Of a stretch of 64,000 nucleotides of DNA, positions 1 to 8,868 are shown in pieces. Where the stretch lies: the IMG/VR virus record IMGVR_UViG_3300033149_004566, positions 32,001 to 96,000 of that record; one strand, given 5' to 3'. Each line of letters opens with the position of its first letter. Position 1 is the first letter of the stretch. Both the position numbers and the translations under genes were made by a program. Source of the DNA: a virus. The notes beneath the pieces are model-generated. The model saw only the letters and a program-made list of their open reading frames with translations. It did no database searches and was not told the origin of the DNA.

Positions 1-53
1 ATGAAACTTTCTTGACTGCATCACCATATCGGAAATTATCGATTTTCTAAAAT

Positions 54-425
54 TCATTTCACATGTGCCCTATTTTCTTTTCTCGGTATCCACGTGACCG
101 TGAACTCTTCAAATGGAAGATCGACGTCCCACGCATCACTGACCTCGCGGGATATTTTTTTAAGCATCTTGAGCTTTTCGTCCTTCGACTTCCACTTGTC
201 ATTGAATTGATTCACGACCAATTTTGAATCACCCATGAGGTGAACTTTTTGATAATTCATGATGTATGCCATCAATACGCCCAAATGCAATGCCAGCCAT
301 TCCGCCTGATTGTTGGTGCCGTACGTTCCATTCAATTCAAAACACTCACCGTCTTCCGACACGGCACAGGCAGTTATCGGGCCGGGATTTTCGGGCCTTG
401 CTCCACCATCAAACCATATTTTCAT
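54..425 (-). CDS. rnhA: Ribonuclease HI family protein
   Basis: WFDGGA..NPG, TNNQAEW, GDSKLVVNQ and WIPRKEN motifs; the last Asp is replaced (NRAH) and the C-terminus is short. Confidence 0.9.
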   Translation of the reverse strand: MKIWFDGGARPENPGPITACAVSEDGECFELNGTYGTNNQAEWLALHLGVLMAYIMNYQKVHLMGDSKLVVNQFNDKWKSKDEKLKMLKKISREVSDAWDVDLPFEEFTVTWIPRKENRAHVK

Positions 426-525
426 TCGGAAAAACCTCTTTTTATATTTTTCATTTATCGGACTCCAACTCCATTTTCTTTTTAAATGAATCCATCAATT
501 TTTCATCTTTCTCGTAATCTTCGCA
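401..525. repeat. Imperfect ~125 bp direct repeat, copy 1
   Basis: ccatcaaaccat..ttcattcgga..tttatatttttcatttatcggactccaactcc.ttttctttttaaatgaatc..ctttctcgtaatc, shared with 1189-1312. Confidence 0.95.
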
Positions 526-621
526 TTCTTCAACCTTTCGGTTGCACTGTATTTCCCAATTACACCTACCGCTCTTTACACATTGTGTGCATAAATATTG
601 TTTTGATTCCAATTTAGTCAT
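451..621 (-). CDS. Small Cys-rich hypothetical protein
   Basis: CxxC...C...C; C-terminus DYEKDEKLxDSFKKKxELESDK shared with 1238-1465; ATGA-coupled start at 621. Confidence 0.6.
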   Translation of the reverse strand: MTKLESKQYLCTQCVKSGRCNWEIQCNRKVEECEDYEKDEKLMDSFKKKMELESDK

Positions 622-1034
622 TTTCTCAACTCGTATAAACACTTTTCACAATAATACCTACTACCATTACCGTCTTCCAAATTCACGCAATATAATACCA
701 ATGTCGGTTCTTCACATTCCTCACACCAGTTAATCGAATTACTCGCACAATAATTTTTAGCCTTATTAAGAAGCATCTCTCTAAGATACACGCTGTCAAT
801 CTCTTTAATTTTCTTCACTGCTTGAAGTGCATCCTTGAGTGTTAATTTACCGCCCAATCCTCTGAATAAATTGTATATCGTGGATATAACCGAGCAGGGA
901 TTATATAATTTACATTTGTAACAATTCACGCTTTTAGTAAAGTTACTTCCAAATGACATGCAAATACAACCAAAATGTAAAAAGATAGATTTACGTATTG
1001 CGTTAAGACCAGACGTGTAACCGATTTTACTCAT
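618..1034 (-). CDS. Cys-rich (Zn-binding) hypothetical protein
   Basis: Several CxxC pairs; coupled to its neighbours. Confidence 0.65.
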   Translation of the reverse strand: MSKIGYTSGLNAIRKSIFLHFGCICMSFGSNFTKSVNCYKCKLYNPCSVISTIYNLFRGLGGKLTLKDALQAVKKIKEIDSVYLREMLLNKAKNYCASNSINWCEECEEPTLVLYCVNLEDGNGSRYYCEKCLYELRK

Positions 1035-1213
1035 TTAACCATCTCCTTCAACTTATATATTATCTCTTCAATAAACAATTCTATATATTCGTGATATTTC
1101 TCTTTTATACAATCACGCAAAAACAATGGATTTAAGATATCATTACTCACGCCAACGGCTCTGGAAATTAAATCCCATAATGAATACTCTCCGCCATCAA
1201 ACCATGTTTTCAT
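1031..1213 (-). CDS. Hypothetical protein starting with an RNase H-like MKTWFDGG N-terminus
   Basis: First 8 codons lie in repeat copy 2. Confidence 0.55.
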   Translation of the reverse strand: MKTWFDGGEYSLWDLISRAVGVSNDILNPLFLRDCIKEKYHEYIELFIEEIIYKLKEMVK

Positions 1214-1312
1214 TCGGAAACCCTCCTTTTATATTTTTCATTTATCGGACTCCAACTCCGTTTTCTTTTTAAATGAATCTATCAGTTTTTCGTCTTTCTC
1301 GTAATCATCGCA
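1189..1312. repeat. Imperfect ~125 bp direct repeat, copy 2
   Basis: See 401-525. Confidence 0.95.
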
Positions 1313-1465
1313 GATGCAAAAAGACTCCACGATGGATTCCGTCAAGGCACACCAGGAAACGCACTCATAATCGGTATTGAAATTGATACACGATCCACAA
1401 CATTCGACAAATTCCATTTCGCCACTTCCTTCCATCATTTTATGAAAAATCCAATAATCAAACAT
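1238..1465 (-). CDS. Small Cys-rich hypothetical protein
   Basis: CCGSC...WC...CDDYE; likely start ATG 1465 after GGGGGTTGTGA. Confidence 0.6.
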   Translation of the reverse strand: MFDYWIFHKMMEGSGEMEFVECCGSCINFNTDYECVSWCALTESIVESFCICDDYEKDEKLIDSFKKKTELESDK

Positions 1466-1466
1466 T

Positions 1467-1934
1467 TCACAACCCCCTACAAAAGACATCACTTCGCAAA
1501 GCCCTCTTGATATAATATGGATATAAATCCCAAAGCCACACGTCGCCATCTTCGTCGTACACGAAAAAATCGTCCTTGCCGGATTTGACAAACTGATGAA
1601 TTGTATTCCAAGTACCGGATCTCATGTTATAACGCCTTATAAAAGCAATGATCCTATCCGACTTTTCCGCTATCAGGCCGTTTCTTTTAAAATACTCCGA
1701 CCTGCTGTAACAATTCGGTGGAGCGCGACCGATCTCATTCTCGTACATCCTACCATTCGGATGAAATATCAAGAATCGAACACCATTCCTACGTGCCCAC
1801 ACGACGGCATGAGAGTCCACGCCAAACGCGCCGCCGGATACCAACACGTCATCTTTATCAAAAATTTCGTCCAGTATTTTACCCACCACCGATTCTGAAA
1901 TGCTTTTCCTATTACCGATCACTCCGACGTGCAT
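1467..1934 (-). CDS. SLOG superfamily (DprA/YspA/DUF2493-like) protein
   Basis: VGVIGNR, LVSGGAFGVD, RNGLIAEKSDRIIAF, SGTWNTI. Confidence 0.85.
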   Translation of the reverse strand: MHVGVIGNRKSISESVVGKILDEIFDKDDVLVSGGAFGVDSHAVVWARRNGVRFLIFHPNGRMYENEIGRAPPNCYSRSEYFKRNGLIAEKSDRIIAFIRRYNMRSGTWNTIHQFVKSGKDDFFVYDEDGDVWLWDLYPYYIKRALRSDVFCRGL

Positions 1935-2071
1935 CCCAACACCAACGGATCTTTTAAATTTTTTTTCATGGTCTCCATAACGGCAAGCACGTCCGAATGA
2001 CATTTCGGACATAATAATTCGTCAAACGCCTTTAATTTTTTTCCGCAGCTCGCGCATTTTTTTTCGGGCAT
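1919..2071 (-). CDS. 50-aa zinc-finger microprotein (not in ORF track)
   Basis: MPEKKCASCGKKLKAFDELLCPKCH... Confidence 0.6.
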   Translation of the reverse strand: MPEKKCASCGKKLKAFDELLCPKCHSDVLAVMETMKKNLKDPLVLGCTSE

Positions 2072-2072
2072 T

Positions 2073-2417
2073 TCACGGCCCCCTACGATAAGCGTCGCTT
2101 CGTAACCACTCTGGAGGTATCAAATTCAACAACGGCTTAATATCGTCCAGCAACTCATCCGATGCCTTATCTTTTAATTCTTCAATAGTTTCATACCGAA
2201 CCGATTTATTTTCTATATCATCCATCGGCCCGTAACAACTGCAATGGTAGAGATCTAAAAGAAACCAGACCAGGCCTTTTTTCATGAGAAGATAACCACT
2301 TCCCTCGTATGGATAACATTCGTAATGATATATTGCCATGTCAGCACCAAATCGCACGATACTTTCTATATCGTCGTCCTCAAAATCGTCGGAATTTTCC
2401 GTTCCAATCAACAACAT
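2073..2417 (-). CDS. Hypothetical viral protein (HCSCYGP motif)
   Basis: YEGSG...HCSCYGP; GGAGTGA SD. Confidence 0.7.
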   Translation of the reverse strand: MLLIGTENSDDFEDDDIESIVRFGADMAIYHYECYPYEGSGYLLMKKGLVWFLLDLYHCSCYGPMDDIENKSVRYETIEELKDKASDELLDDIKPLLNLIPPEWLRSDAYRRGP

Positions 2418-2423
2418 CTTACA

Positions 2424-2615
2424 TCACTCCTTTTTTTTTGAAAAACGCCTCGCGTATTCCGTAAATTCTCCTTTTAACAATTCTGCGAGCTGCGGCTTGA
2501 CGAGCCTGATGATGGCGGCGGCAATCACGAGCTCCGGAAATTTCAACGCAAACTTCACGTCGTTAACATCCACTAAAATCACCACGATCCCTAAAATGCG
2601 TGACACAATACGCAT
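2424..2615 (-). CDS. Hypothetical protein
   Basis: Fits the leftward gene tiling. Confidence 0.5.
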   Translation of the reverse strand: MRIVSRILGIVVILVDVNDVKFALKFPELVIAAAIIRLVKPQLAELLKGEFTEYARRFSKKKE

Positions 2616-2812
2616 TTATTTGGCACTCCCTACACAACAACATCGTACAACTCGCTTTTAACTCTTTATGACATCTAATACAACGCGGAATTAAAACTTC
2701 AAACATTTAAATGCCTCTTTTTTATCCCGTTTTTTAAATAAATAATAAAATGGATTTTTCTCATCCCACGTTAAATCGGTGGGCCCCGGTTTTCTAGATT
2801 TAAATATTTTTT

Positions 2813-3430
2813 TCATCCAATCAACCTCTTGCATTCTTCTATTGCGTCCCTCGGATAGAAAGCCCATGCATCGGCTCCCATCTTTTTAGCACGCTCTTTT
2901 GAGACCGGGCGACCGCCGACAATGACCTTCATGTTTCTCTTTTTGGCGGCTTTCACGACCCTTTCCATCTCATCCAAACACGTCGACAGAAGCGTGGATA
3001 GCGCGAGTATGTCCGCATCGTGTTCCTCCATGGCATCGAGGAATTGTTCTTCCGTGACTTCAACGCCGAGATCGTACACCATAAACCCGGCCCCGATTAG
3101 AAAAGCACTGATGATCGTCTTCCCAATATCATGTATGTCTCCCCTGACAGAGCCAAACACGATTCTTCCAAGTGATGCATTTTTATCGCCCTCTAAAATG
3201 GGCTTGAGCATGTCAATGCCCCTACTGGCACGGTCGCCGGCTATCAATAATTCGGCGAGGAAATATTCCCCGTTTTCGTACATTTCTCCCACCGTGTCAA
3301 GGGCGGAAGACATGACAGATATTAGATCGGAAACGTCGGCACCGTTTTTGAGAGCATCATTTATCAACGACTCCATGCGGTCATCATCATCGATGTCGAT
3401 CACGTTTCGCTTCAATTCATTAATAAACAT
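2813..3430 (-). CDS. Cobalamin-binding corrinoid protein (MtaC/MttC/MetH cap + B12-binding domain)
   Basis: Cap domain VGEMYENGEYFLAELL; DxHxxG motif GDIHDIGK; DLGVEV, LSTLL, VIVGGRPV, GADAW. Confidence 0.95.
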   Translation of the reverse strand: MFINELKRNVIDIDDDDRMESLINDALKNGADVSDLISVMSSALDTVGEMYENGEYFLAELLIAGDRASRGIDMLKPILEGDKNASLGRIVFGSVRGDIHDIGKTIISAFLIGAGFMVYDLGVEVTEEQFLDAMEEHDADILALSTLLSTCLDEMERVVKAAKKRNMKVIVGGRPVSKERAKKMGADAWAFYPRDAIEECKRLIG

Positions 3431-3455
3431 GTTAAATCTACCCCCACGCGTGTAA

Positions 3456-3689
3456 TCAGTTTTCATCATCCTCAATGGGCAAAACAACGTCATTTGAAAA
3501 ACGTTGCAAACATACCATTTCCATGTAAAAATCCAACGATCCGGAATACATGGCGTCGTAATTCGTGTCATTTAAATGCGGGTGCATTATTGACGTCGAA
3601 ATGACCGTCGCTGACACGATTCTTTTTTTAAAAATTATCCTTTTCTCTTCAACGCGATGATACGCGTTATTTAGATACCACATTATCAT
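3456..3689 (-). CDS. Hypothetical protein, probable paralog of 3686-3961
   Basis: MxWY...Y..V.E...F..R start; M.GSL shared. Confidence 0.6.
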   Translation of the reverse strand: MIMWYLNNAYHRVEEKRIIFKKRIVSATVISTSIMHPHLNDTNYDAMYSGSLDFYMEMVCLQRFSNDVVLPIEDDEN

Positions 3690-3961
3690 TCATCCAACTC
3701 TTCTATTTCTTCCCATTCGTCGTCTGCACGCATCCACGCCACCACGTCCTCGATAATTTCTCTTCTCTGACGATACATGTTTCCTAAACTTCCACGCATG
3801 ATGGCCGGACACAACATAGCGTTATCCGACACGTGAGAGCCAGAAAGCACAAACATGATCGATTCATCATTCATGTCGTTCTCGATACCCACGTCCCGAT
3901 CTCCAAAATTCAAGTGGGGTTCATTCACATATTGATATTTTCCGTACTCATACCAAGTCAT
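3686..3961 (-). CDS. Hypothetical protein, probable paralog of 3456-3689
   Basis: ATGA coupling; shared motifs. Confidence 0.65.
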   Translation of the reverse strand: MTWYEYGKYQYVNEPHLNFGDRDVGIENDMNDESIMFVLSGSHVSDNAMLCPAIMRGSLGNMYRQRREIIEDVVAWMRADDEWEEIEELDE

Positions 3962-3965
3962 TAAT

Positions 3966-4118
3966 TCACACGTACACGATTTTATCGTATTTTAGCTGCA
4001 AGTCGTGAATGACGCGACTGCCGAATTTTACATAAAATTCATCGACAACGTATTTCACGTACACCCTGACCTTCCAAACCTTCATGTTGTTTGGCCTAAT
4101 CCATACCACCCTTACCAT
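3966..4118 (-). CDS. 50-aa microprotein, paralog of 4112-4264 (not in ORF track)
   Basis: NNMKVWKVRVYVKYVVDEFYVKFGSRVIHDLQLKYDKIVYV. Confidence 0.65.
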   Translation of the reverse strand: MVRVVWIRPNNMKVWKVRVYVKYVVDEFYVKFGSRVIHDLQLKYDKIVYV

Positions 4119-4264
4119 TCATAATTGCACACGTAAATGATTTTATCATAATCATCCAATTCCAAGTTAGAAATGACACGGCTTTTAAAATTAATATAAC
4201 GTTCCGAAACCAAGTATTTTATGTAGATTCTAATCATCATGTTGTTCAACCCAAACTCCGCCAC
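4112..4264 (-). CDS. 50-aa microprotein, paralog of 3966-4118 (not in ORF track)
   Basis: NNMMIRIYIKYLVSERYINFKSRVISNLELDDYDKIIYV; GTG start. Confidence 0.65.
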   Translation of the reverse strand: MAEFGLNNMMIRIYIKYLVSERYINFKSRVISNLELDDYDKIIYVCNYEW

Positions 4265-4265
4265 A

Positions 4266-4397
4266 TCACATCTCGCCTCTTCTTATAGATACAAAAACGC
4301 GATCTTCGTTTTCATCCACGGTGACCTCACGATCAGAAATCTTGATTTCGCGTTCGCGTACAACGTGAACGTGATAAAAGTTGTCAAAATTTACCAC
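4266..4397 (-). CDS. 43-aa hypothetical microprotein
   Basis: Fills the gap in the tiling; GTG start overlaps the previous stop. Confidence 0.45.
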   Translation of the reverse strand: MVNFDNFYHVHVVREREIKISDREVTVDENEDRVFVSIRRGEM

Positions 4398-4759
4398 GTG
4401 TCTGCGGCACTCCTGATATGTTTATATATCACGTCTTCAAGCGTGTCCACGGCCCGGCTTCCGAAGTCGCAGCTGTCTTCAATCACGTACAACTTGCTCA
4501 GATCTAATACCACCGTGACGCGATACGTGTCCACATACACGCATACGTACTTGAGCCTTTCATAAAAAGACATTCCCAATTCTTCCATGATATCCTGTAA
4601 AGCCATTTGCAAACAGTCTTTCGAGCGCCACTTCACCGACAGGGAAAATTTGACGTATATCTTGCACGCGTTCTTTTCGACGTTGATGGATCTCACGCAC
4701 AGATGCTTGCTGACGCCATCAAAAACCGCAACCATGGCCATTTTCATGTTTTCGTCCAT
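4391..4759 (-). CDS. Hypothetical protein, left-array family A
   Basis: Similar size and helix/strand pattern to 4744-5881 genes. Confidence 0.65.
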   Translation of the reverse strand: MDENMKMAMVAVFDGVSKHLCVRSINVEKNACKIYVKFSLSVKWRSKDCLQMALQDIMEELGMSFYERLKYVCVYVDTYRVTVVLDLSKLYVIEDSCDFGSRAVDTLEDVIYKHIRSAADTW

Positions 4760-5106
4760 AAACCCAACTCATTTATGGCATCATTCACGCATTTCAACAA
4801 CGGCTTTCCGAAGGAATTTACCTCGTGCATGTCGACATCACACTCGAACACGGCATCCACGGCGACCTTAAAAAACAACACGATGGAGACGCTGCCCGAT
4901 CCCGGCATTATCAACATGTCAAAGCGCACGCCAGCGTCGAACAAAAATCTCTTCAGAAAACCGCTGTAATAATGCAGATCCACGCCCTTTACCAAGTCAG
5001 CATTTGTGGTTTGACATCTCACCAACACGACACCGTCCTCGTGCGACAATTCGATGACCGACGCTCCTGTATCTTTCACGTAAGTCTTCATGGTATCGAG
5101 TATCAC
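4744..5106 (-). CDS. Hypothetical protein, left-array family A
   Basis: GVRFDMLIM...VFECDVDMHEV...LLKCVNDA aligns to 5103-5483; GTG start 5106. Confidence 0.65.
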   Translation of the reverse strand: MILDTMKTYVKDTGASVIELSHEDGVVLVRCQTTNADLVKGVDLHYYSGFLKRFLFDAGVRFDMLIMPGSGSVSIVLFFKVAVDAVFECDVDMHEVNSFGKPLLKCVNDAINELGLWTKT

Positions 5107-5483
5107 GGAAAACAATACGACGCCTCCAAGCACGACATTCCGGCAGCATCCGTGATGCACTCAACGATAGTGTTCCTGATGTCGACGACATCGTTTAATT
5201 TCACGCTAAACTCCGGAACCACGCCCGTGTCGGAAATAAAAAACATGGTAGCACTCTCATAAGTACCCACCGTGATCATTTTCATCCTAAAATACACGCC
5301 ATGAATCCACAACTCGTTCTTATAAATTACATTCCATAGCCATTTATCGATGCCGTGCTTCGTGAAAAATGAAATGCCGCCGGCAAAATCATTCACCACG
5401 TGAATTCCAATGCATTTCACGTCCGGATAAGAGATTATTGTTTTCATGATCTTGTTAAACACGTCCATCAATGCCACGTGCAC
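5103..5483 (-). CDS. Hypothetical protein, left-array family A
   Basis: GVYFRMKMI...VPEFSVKLNDV...IVECITDA. Confidence 0.65.
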   Translation of the reverse strand: MHVALMDVFNKIMKTIISYPDVKCIGIHVVNDFAGGISFFTKHGIDKWLWNVIYKNELWIHGVYFRMKMITVGTYESATMFFISDTGVVPEFSVKLNDVVDIRNTIVECITDAAGMSCLEASYCFP

Positions 5484-5881
5484 TCATCCCATTTGATTTT
5501 CGTGACCACGTCATAAAAAACGGACTCGAACACGTGCGCCGTGTCCATTACCATGAGGCGGGCAACGCTATTAATGCAATGACCAATGGCAAGATCCGGC
5601 TCCATCACGACATCGGCTTTCATTGTCACGGACAAGACGACGGCATTTATTTTCTTATCATATTCAAATTTAAACGATATGTTGTCAAGCACTCTCTCAG
5701 AAAGATGTCCAATGATTGCATTCCGGCAATTCATCGGTTCTTTTTCTTTCAAGAAAAATGTTATCGTCATCACGTCCAATTTTTCCCGCAAATTTCCGAC
5801 AATTTCAACGCGTCTCGTCGGACATACCTCGTAGATGAATCTACCGACATCTATCATTGCCTTCATTATTGACAACACCAT
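5468..5881 (-). CDS. Hypothetical protein, left-array family A
   Basis: MKAMIDV start like MAMVAV/VALMDV; VVMEPDL. Confidence 0.65.
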   Translation of the reverse strand: MVLSIMKAMIDVGRFIYEVCPTRRVEIVGNLREKLDVMTITFFLKEKEPMNCRNAIIGHLSERVLDNISFKFEYDKKINAVVLSVTMKADVVMEPDLAIGHCINSVARLMVMDTAHVFESVFYDVVTKIKWDECTWH

Positions 5882-5896
5882 GAATAATAATTGCCT

Positions 5897-6334
5897 TCAT
5901 TCATATATAAATGTTTCGTCCGCCGGCACGAACACGTCGTCAACATTCATGGCGTGCTCGTTGATTATCTTCATGTCTGGAAAGACCGCCATGTCGAGAT
6001 CAAAATTGTAAGGATCGAACCTGATCACGGCATTGATTCCGCACTCTTTCATGCGATGCGATACGAAAGCTGACAGATCCCTGAGAGTGAGCTCGAACCA
6101 TAAATCCAGCACCGCATATTTTGCAAAACTATCCAAATGTTCTATTGCCGTTAATTTATCATTGGATACCAGGACTACGTGCTTGTATTTTATCACGCGC
6201 GCGCTGTCACTTGGATACATGTCGCGATACGTCCGCATGTCAAATTCGGTCACGCGCGCCTTTATCTCGTCGAAAAAATCGTGAATTTTTTTCATGAACT
6301 CTTCATAAATTTTTTTCACGACCCTGCACTGCAA
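5897..6334 (-). CDS. Hypothetical protein, left-array family B
   Basis: YEEFMKKIHDFFDEIKA...HVVLVSNDKLT aligns to 7421-7918. Confidence 0.65.
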   Translation of the reverse strand: MQCRVVKKIYEEFMKKIHDFFDEIKARVTEFDMRTYRDMYPSDSARVIKYKHVVLVSNDKLTAIEHLDSFAKYAVLDLWFELTLRDLSAFVSHRMKECGINAVIRFDPYNFDLDMAVFPDMKIINEHAMNVDDVFVPADETFIYE

Positions 6335-6339
6335 CGACG

Positions 6340-6807
6340 TCAGATTGAACTGCCTGATAATGGTATCAAGCCTCCTTTCAATTCAATTTTTGGCTCTGCA
6401 ATTACAGCGATATTGCGGCTAATTCTCAACAATATCATGCCCAGGCCGGAATCCTTTTGGATGAACCCGTAGTTCGTGTCGCGAAGATATTCACGAATGG
6501 CGCTGAAAAAATTCTCCAACAATTCTTGATATTTTTTACACAGCGCGCGCAACAATCTCATCGATAGATTGCATTGCACGTCGTCCAACTTTTCTCCGCT
6601 GACCAAGCACATGTTTTCATGAGTGACGGCGTGCAATTTTTCTCCGTCATCCGGCTCATATAATAACAGCTTCATCCTGAGGGGTTTTACCCATTCCCGG
6701 GCACGGCGCACGAAATCTCTCACGCTGTCAAATTTCCTTTCGCAAACATCCACTATCTTCTTGATGTCGTCCAAGTTGACATGATAACAGTCCATGAAAT
6801 TGATCAC
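6340..6807 (-). CDS. Hypothetical protein, left-array family B
   Basis: INFMDCYH...KKY..L.E.FF..I....RDTNY.FI.KD.G.G shared with 6828-7268; true start probably GTG 6807. Confidence 0.7.
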   Translation of the reverse strand: MINFMDCYHVNLDDIKKIVDVCERKFDSVRDFVRRAREWVKPLRMKLLLYEPDDGEKLHAVTHENMCLVSGEKLDDVQCNLSMRLLRALCKKYQELLENFFSAIREYLRDTNYGFIQKDSGLGMILLRISRNIAVIAEPKIELKGGLIPLSGSSI

Positions 6808-6827
6808 GAGCAACGGATCGGTCTTAA

Positions 6828-7268
6828 TCACACCATTTCCTCCATGAACTTCGACGGCTCGGGTATTTTCTGGATGTCGCGCATCACTCTCATCACGATT
6901 ATTCCAACGCCAGTATCCTTTATTATGAACGTGTAATTCGTGTCGCGAAACAATTTTTTGATCCGCAGAAAAAACTCTTGCATCATCTTTAAATATTTTT
7001 TGTAGATGGATTCCAGCAACCACGTTGCCCTGTCCATGTACTGCATCGTCATGCCTTCTTGCATGACCAGATACAGCGTGCCGACGCGCACCCGTTCGAT
7101 GCTTGCATGGGGAGGATACGTGCACAGGATGAGAGTGGTTTTTCGCAACCACTGCCGCACGTCATCGAAAAATTTTTTGATGAACTCGAACTCCGCGCGG
7201 CACCTCGCAACCGTGTCCTTGATGTAGTCGTTGTCGTAATGGTAACAGTTCATGAATTTCACGGACAA
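6828..7268 (-). CDS. Hypothetical protein, left-array family B
   Basis: Clear paralog of 6340-6807. Confidence 0.7.
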   Translation of the reverse strand: MSVKFMNCYHYDNDYIKDTVARCRAEFEFIKKFFDDVRQWLRKTTLILCTYPPHASIERVRVGTLYLVMQEGMTMQYMDRATWLLESIYKKYLKMMQEFFLRIKKLFRDTNYTFIIKDTGVGIIVMRVMRDIQKIPEPSKFMEEMV

Positions 7269-7276
7269 TTCCGGGT

Positions 7277-7411
7277 CTACTTTTGGACGATAAATCGCTT
7301 TTCACACTCCTTACAGGTTATGATCAAATGTTTCGGGCCGTCGGACGTTGACGTGACCTCGATGTGGAACGCGTCGCAGCCGCAGTAGGGGCACTTAATT
7401 TTACCACGCAT
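7277..7411 (-). CDS. 44-aa zinc-ribbon microprotein (not in ORF track)
   Basis: MRGKIKCPYCG...ITCKECEKRF. Confidence 0.65.
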   Translation of the reverse strand: MRGKIKCPYCGCDAFHIEVTSTSDGPKHLIITCKECEKRFIVQK

Positions 7412-7420
7412 CACTTTCAA

Positions 7421-7918
7421 TCACGCCACTTCCCACACGTCAATTGCCGCCTCCAACACCACGTGATGATCGATAGATAAGATGACGCTCGGCTCGAAAC
7501 TATATATAAGAAAATCCTGCATGCAGACCAGCCCGCTCGCGTTCATGACGTTATACGTGTCGTACATGCGCGTTGCTATCTTGACATCCAGGCCATAATC
7601 GATGCTCGAAAACGCGCTCTTACACCACCTTCTCTCGTCGTCAGATAGCACTTTATCGCACACCACCACGAAATGATGAAACATCACGGCGTGATCCGGG
7701 TCGAGGCGCTGCACTTCCGAGTATTTTTTCACGTGCACGTCTTCAGGGGGTAACGCCCTTATATCGTCAAATATCTTATTGATATCACGGACGAGCTCGT
7801 CGTAATAATGTCTTGCCATTTTTACCTGACTTTCCGTCAAATCCTTACAAAATAACAATAAACGTCCCTCACATGCGAATTTCCGGCTCTGACACGCGTT
7901 CAAAGTCCCGATTGACAA
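7421..7918 (-). CDS. Hypothetical protein, left-array family B (true start probably near 7860)
   Basis: YYDELVRDINKIFDDIRA...HHFVVVCDKVLS. Confidence 0.65.
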   Translation of the reverse strand: MSIGTLNACQSRKFACEGRLLLFCKDLTESQVKMARHYYDELVRDINKIFDDIRALPPEDVHVKKYSEVQRLDPDHAVMFHHFVVVCDKVLSDDERRWCKSAFSSIDYGLDVKIATRMYDTYNVMNASGLVCMQDFLIYSFEPSVILSIDHHVVLEAAIDVWEVA

Positions 7919-8399
7919 TCATGGTGCACTCATTATCATCATGAAATAAAGTAATGGACTTTAACATCATGTACGACGCGAGATCTTCAATCTGCCCCAG
8001 ATAAATTTCCAGCCTCTCCCGCATTTGATAGCTAGAATTTGTCATGAAACTCGCCAATTTTCCCATGTCCGCTGAAGGGTCGACTTGCAAGAACTTGACC
8101 CAGCGCGTGTAGTAAACGTCGTTAGATGAATTTCCTCGCCACGCCCCACGGAAGCCAAACTCCACGTCAAGCCCGCGCTCTGAAACTTCATATTGAAATT
8201 TTGACATTTCCATGTCCAAGCGTTTCAATATCTCGATAATTGAATTTACGAGCATGTTTTTTTGATGTTGCTCGATATTGCGGCTGAAAATTGTCAACTT
8301 CATTCGGCCAATCTTTCTTCTCAATACATTGCACCCAAACAATTTAAATCGATGCGAGACGTATTCCATCTCTTCTTTAGATGGACAGATCAACAGCAC
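7869..8399 (-). CDS. Hypothetical protein, left-array family B
   Basis: KLTIFS...AW...Y.T..V.F...LFHDDNECT shared with 8390-8836. Confidence 0.65.
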   Translation of the reverse strand: MLLICPSKEEMEYVSHRFKLFGCNVLRRKIGRMKLTIFSRNIEQHQKNMLVNSIIEILKRLDMEMSKFQYEVSERGLDVEFGFRGAWRGNSSNDVYYTRWVKFLQVDPSADMGKLASFMTNSSYQMRERLEIYLGQIEDLASYMMLKSITLFHDDNECTMIVNRDFERVSEPEIRM

Positions 8400-8836
8400 G
8401 ATTCAGCCGCCCCGCTAATGAATACGGTGCATTCATAGTTGTCGTGGAACAACACGTACCCGTCCACATCCAGCTTGTAGGATAGAGAGCCGACGTAGTA
8501 ATCCACGTAATCACGCACGCCATTAGCATTCAGGTCGAGGTACCCGTGATGCATCTGTCCGAACGTGCAATGAAACCTAACGCCATTAGTCCAGTACGTC
8601 TTCGCATTCCAAGACGCGTCGTCTGGAATCTTAATATAAGTAAATTCAGGAAAATAACCCAACTCCATGATGCCTTTCTTGAACGCGGACAACCTTTCAT
8701 CCAATTCTTCCAATTGTTCCGTGCACGTTGCGAGCACGGCGTCATCTATTTCGGCCGCGGAGAAAATCTTCAGCGACACGTTCTCAAAGCATTTTGACAC
8801 GACGTGTCCGGATTCGGTACCGATTTTCGCCTTCAT
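8390..8836 (-). CDS. Hypothetical protein, left-array family B
   Basis: SLKIFS...SW...YWT..VRF...LFHDNYECT; start ATG 8836. Confidence 0.65.
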   Translation of the reverse strand: MKAKIGTESGHVVSKCFENVSLKIFSAAEIDDAVLATCTEQLEELDERLSAFKKGIMELGYFPEFTYIKIPDDASWNAKTYWTNGVRFHCTFGQMHHGYLDLNANGVRDYVDYYVGSLSYKLDVDGYVLFHDNYECTVFISGAAESCC

Positions 8837-8868
8837 TGCGCTGATTTCGGATCGCAGCGGGTTGATGA

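Noticed and set aside
6808-7152. N-terminal extension of ORF 6340-7152 (likewise 2813-3571, 8390-9016, 1238-1591)
   Set aside because: They overlap better-supported upstream genes; homology begins at later starts
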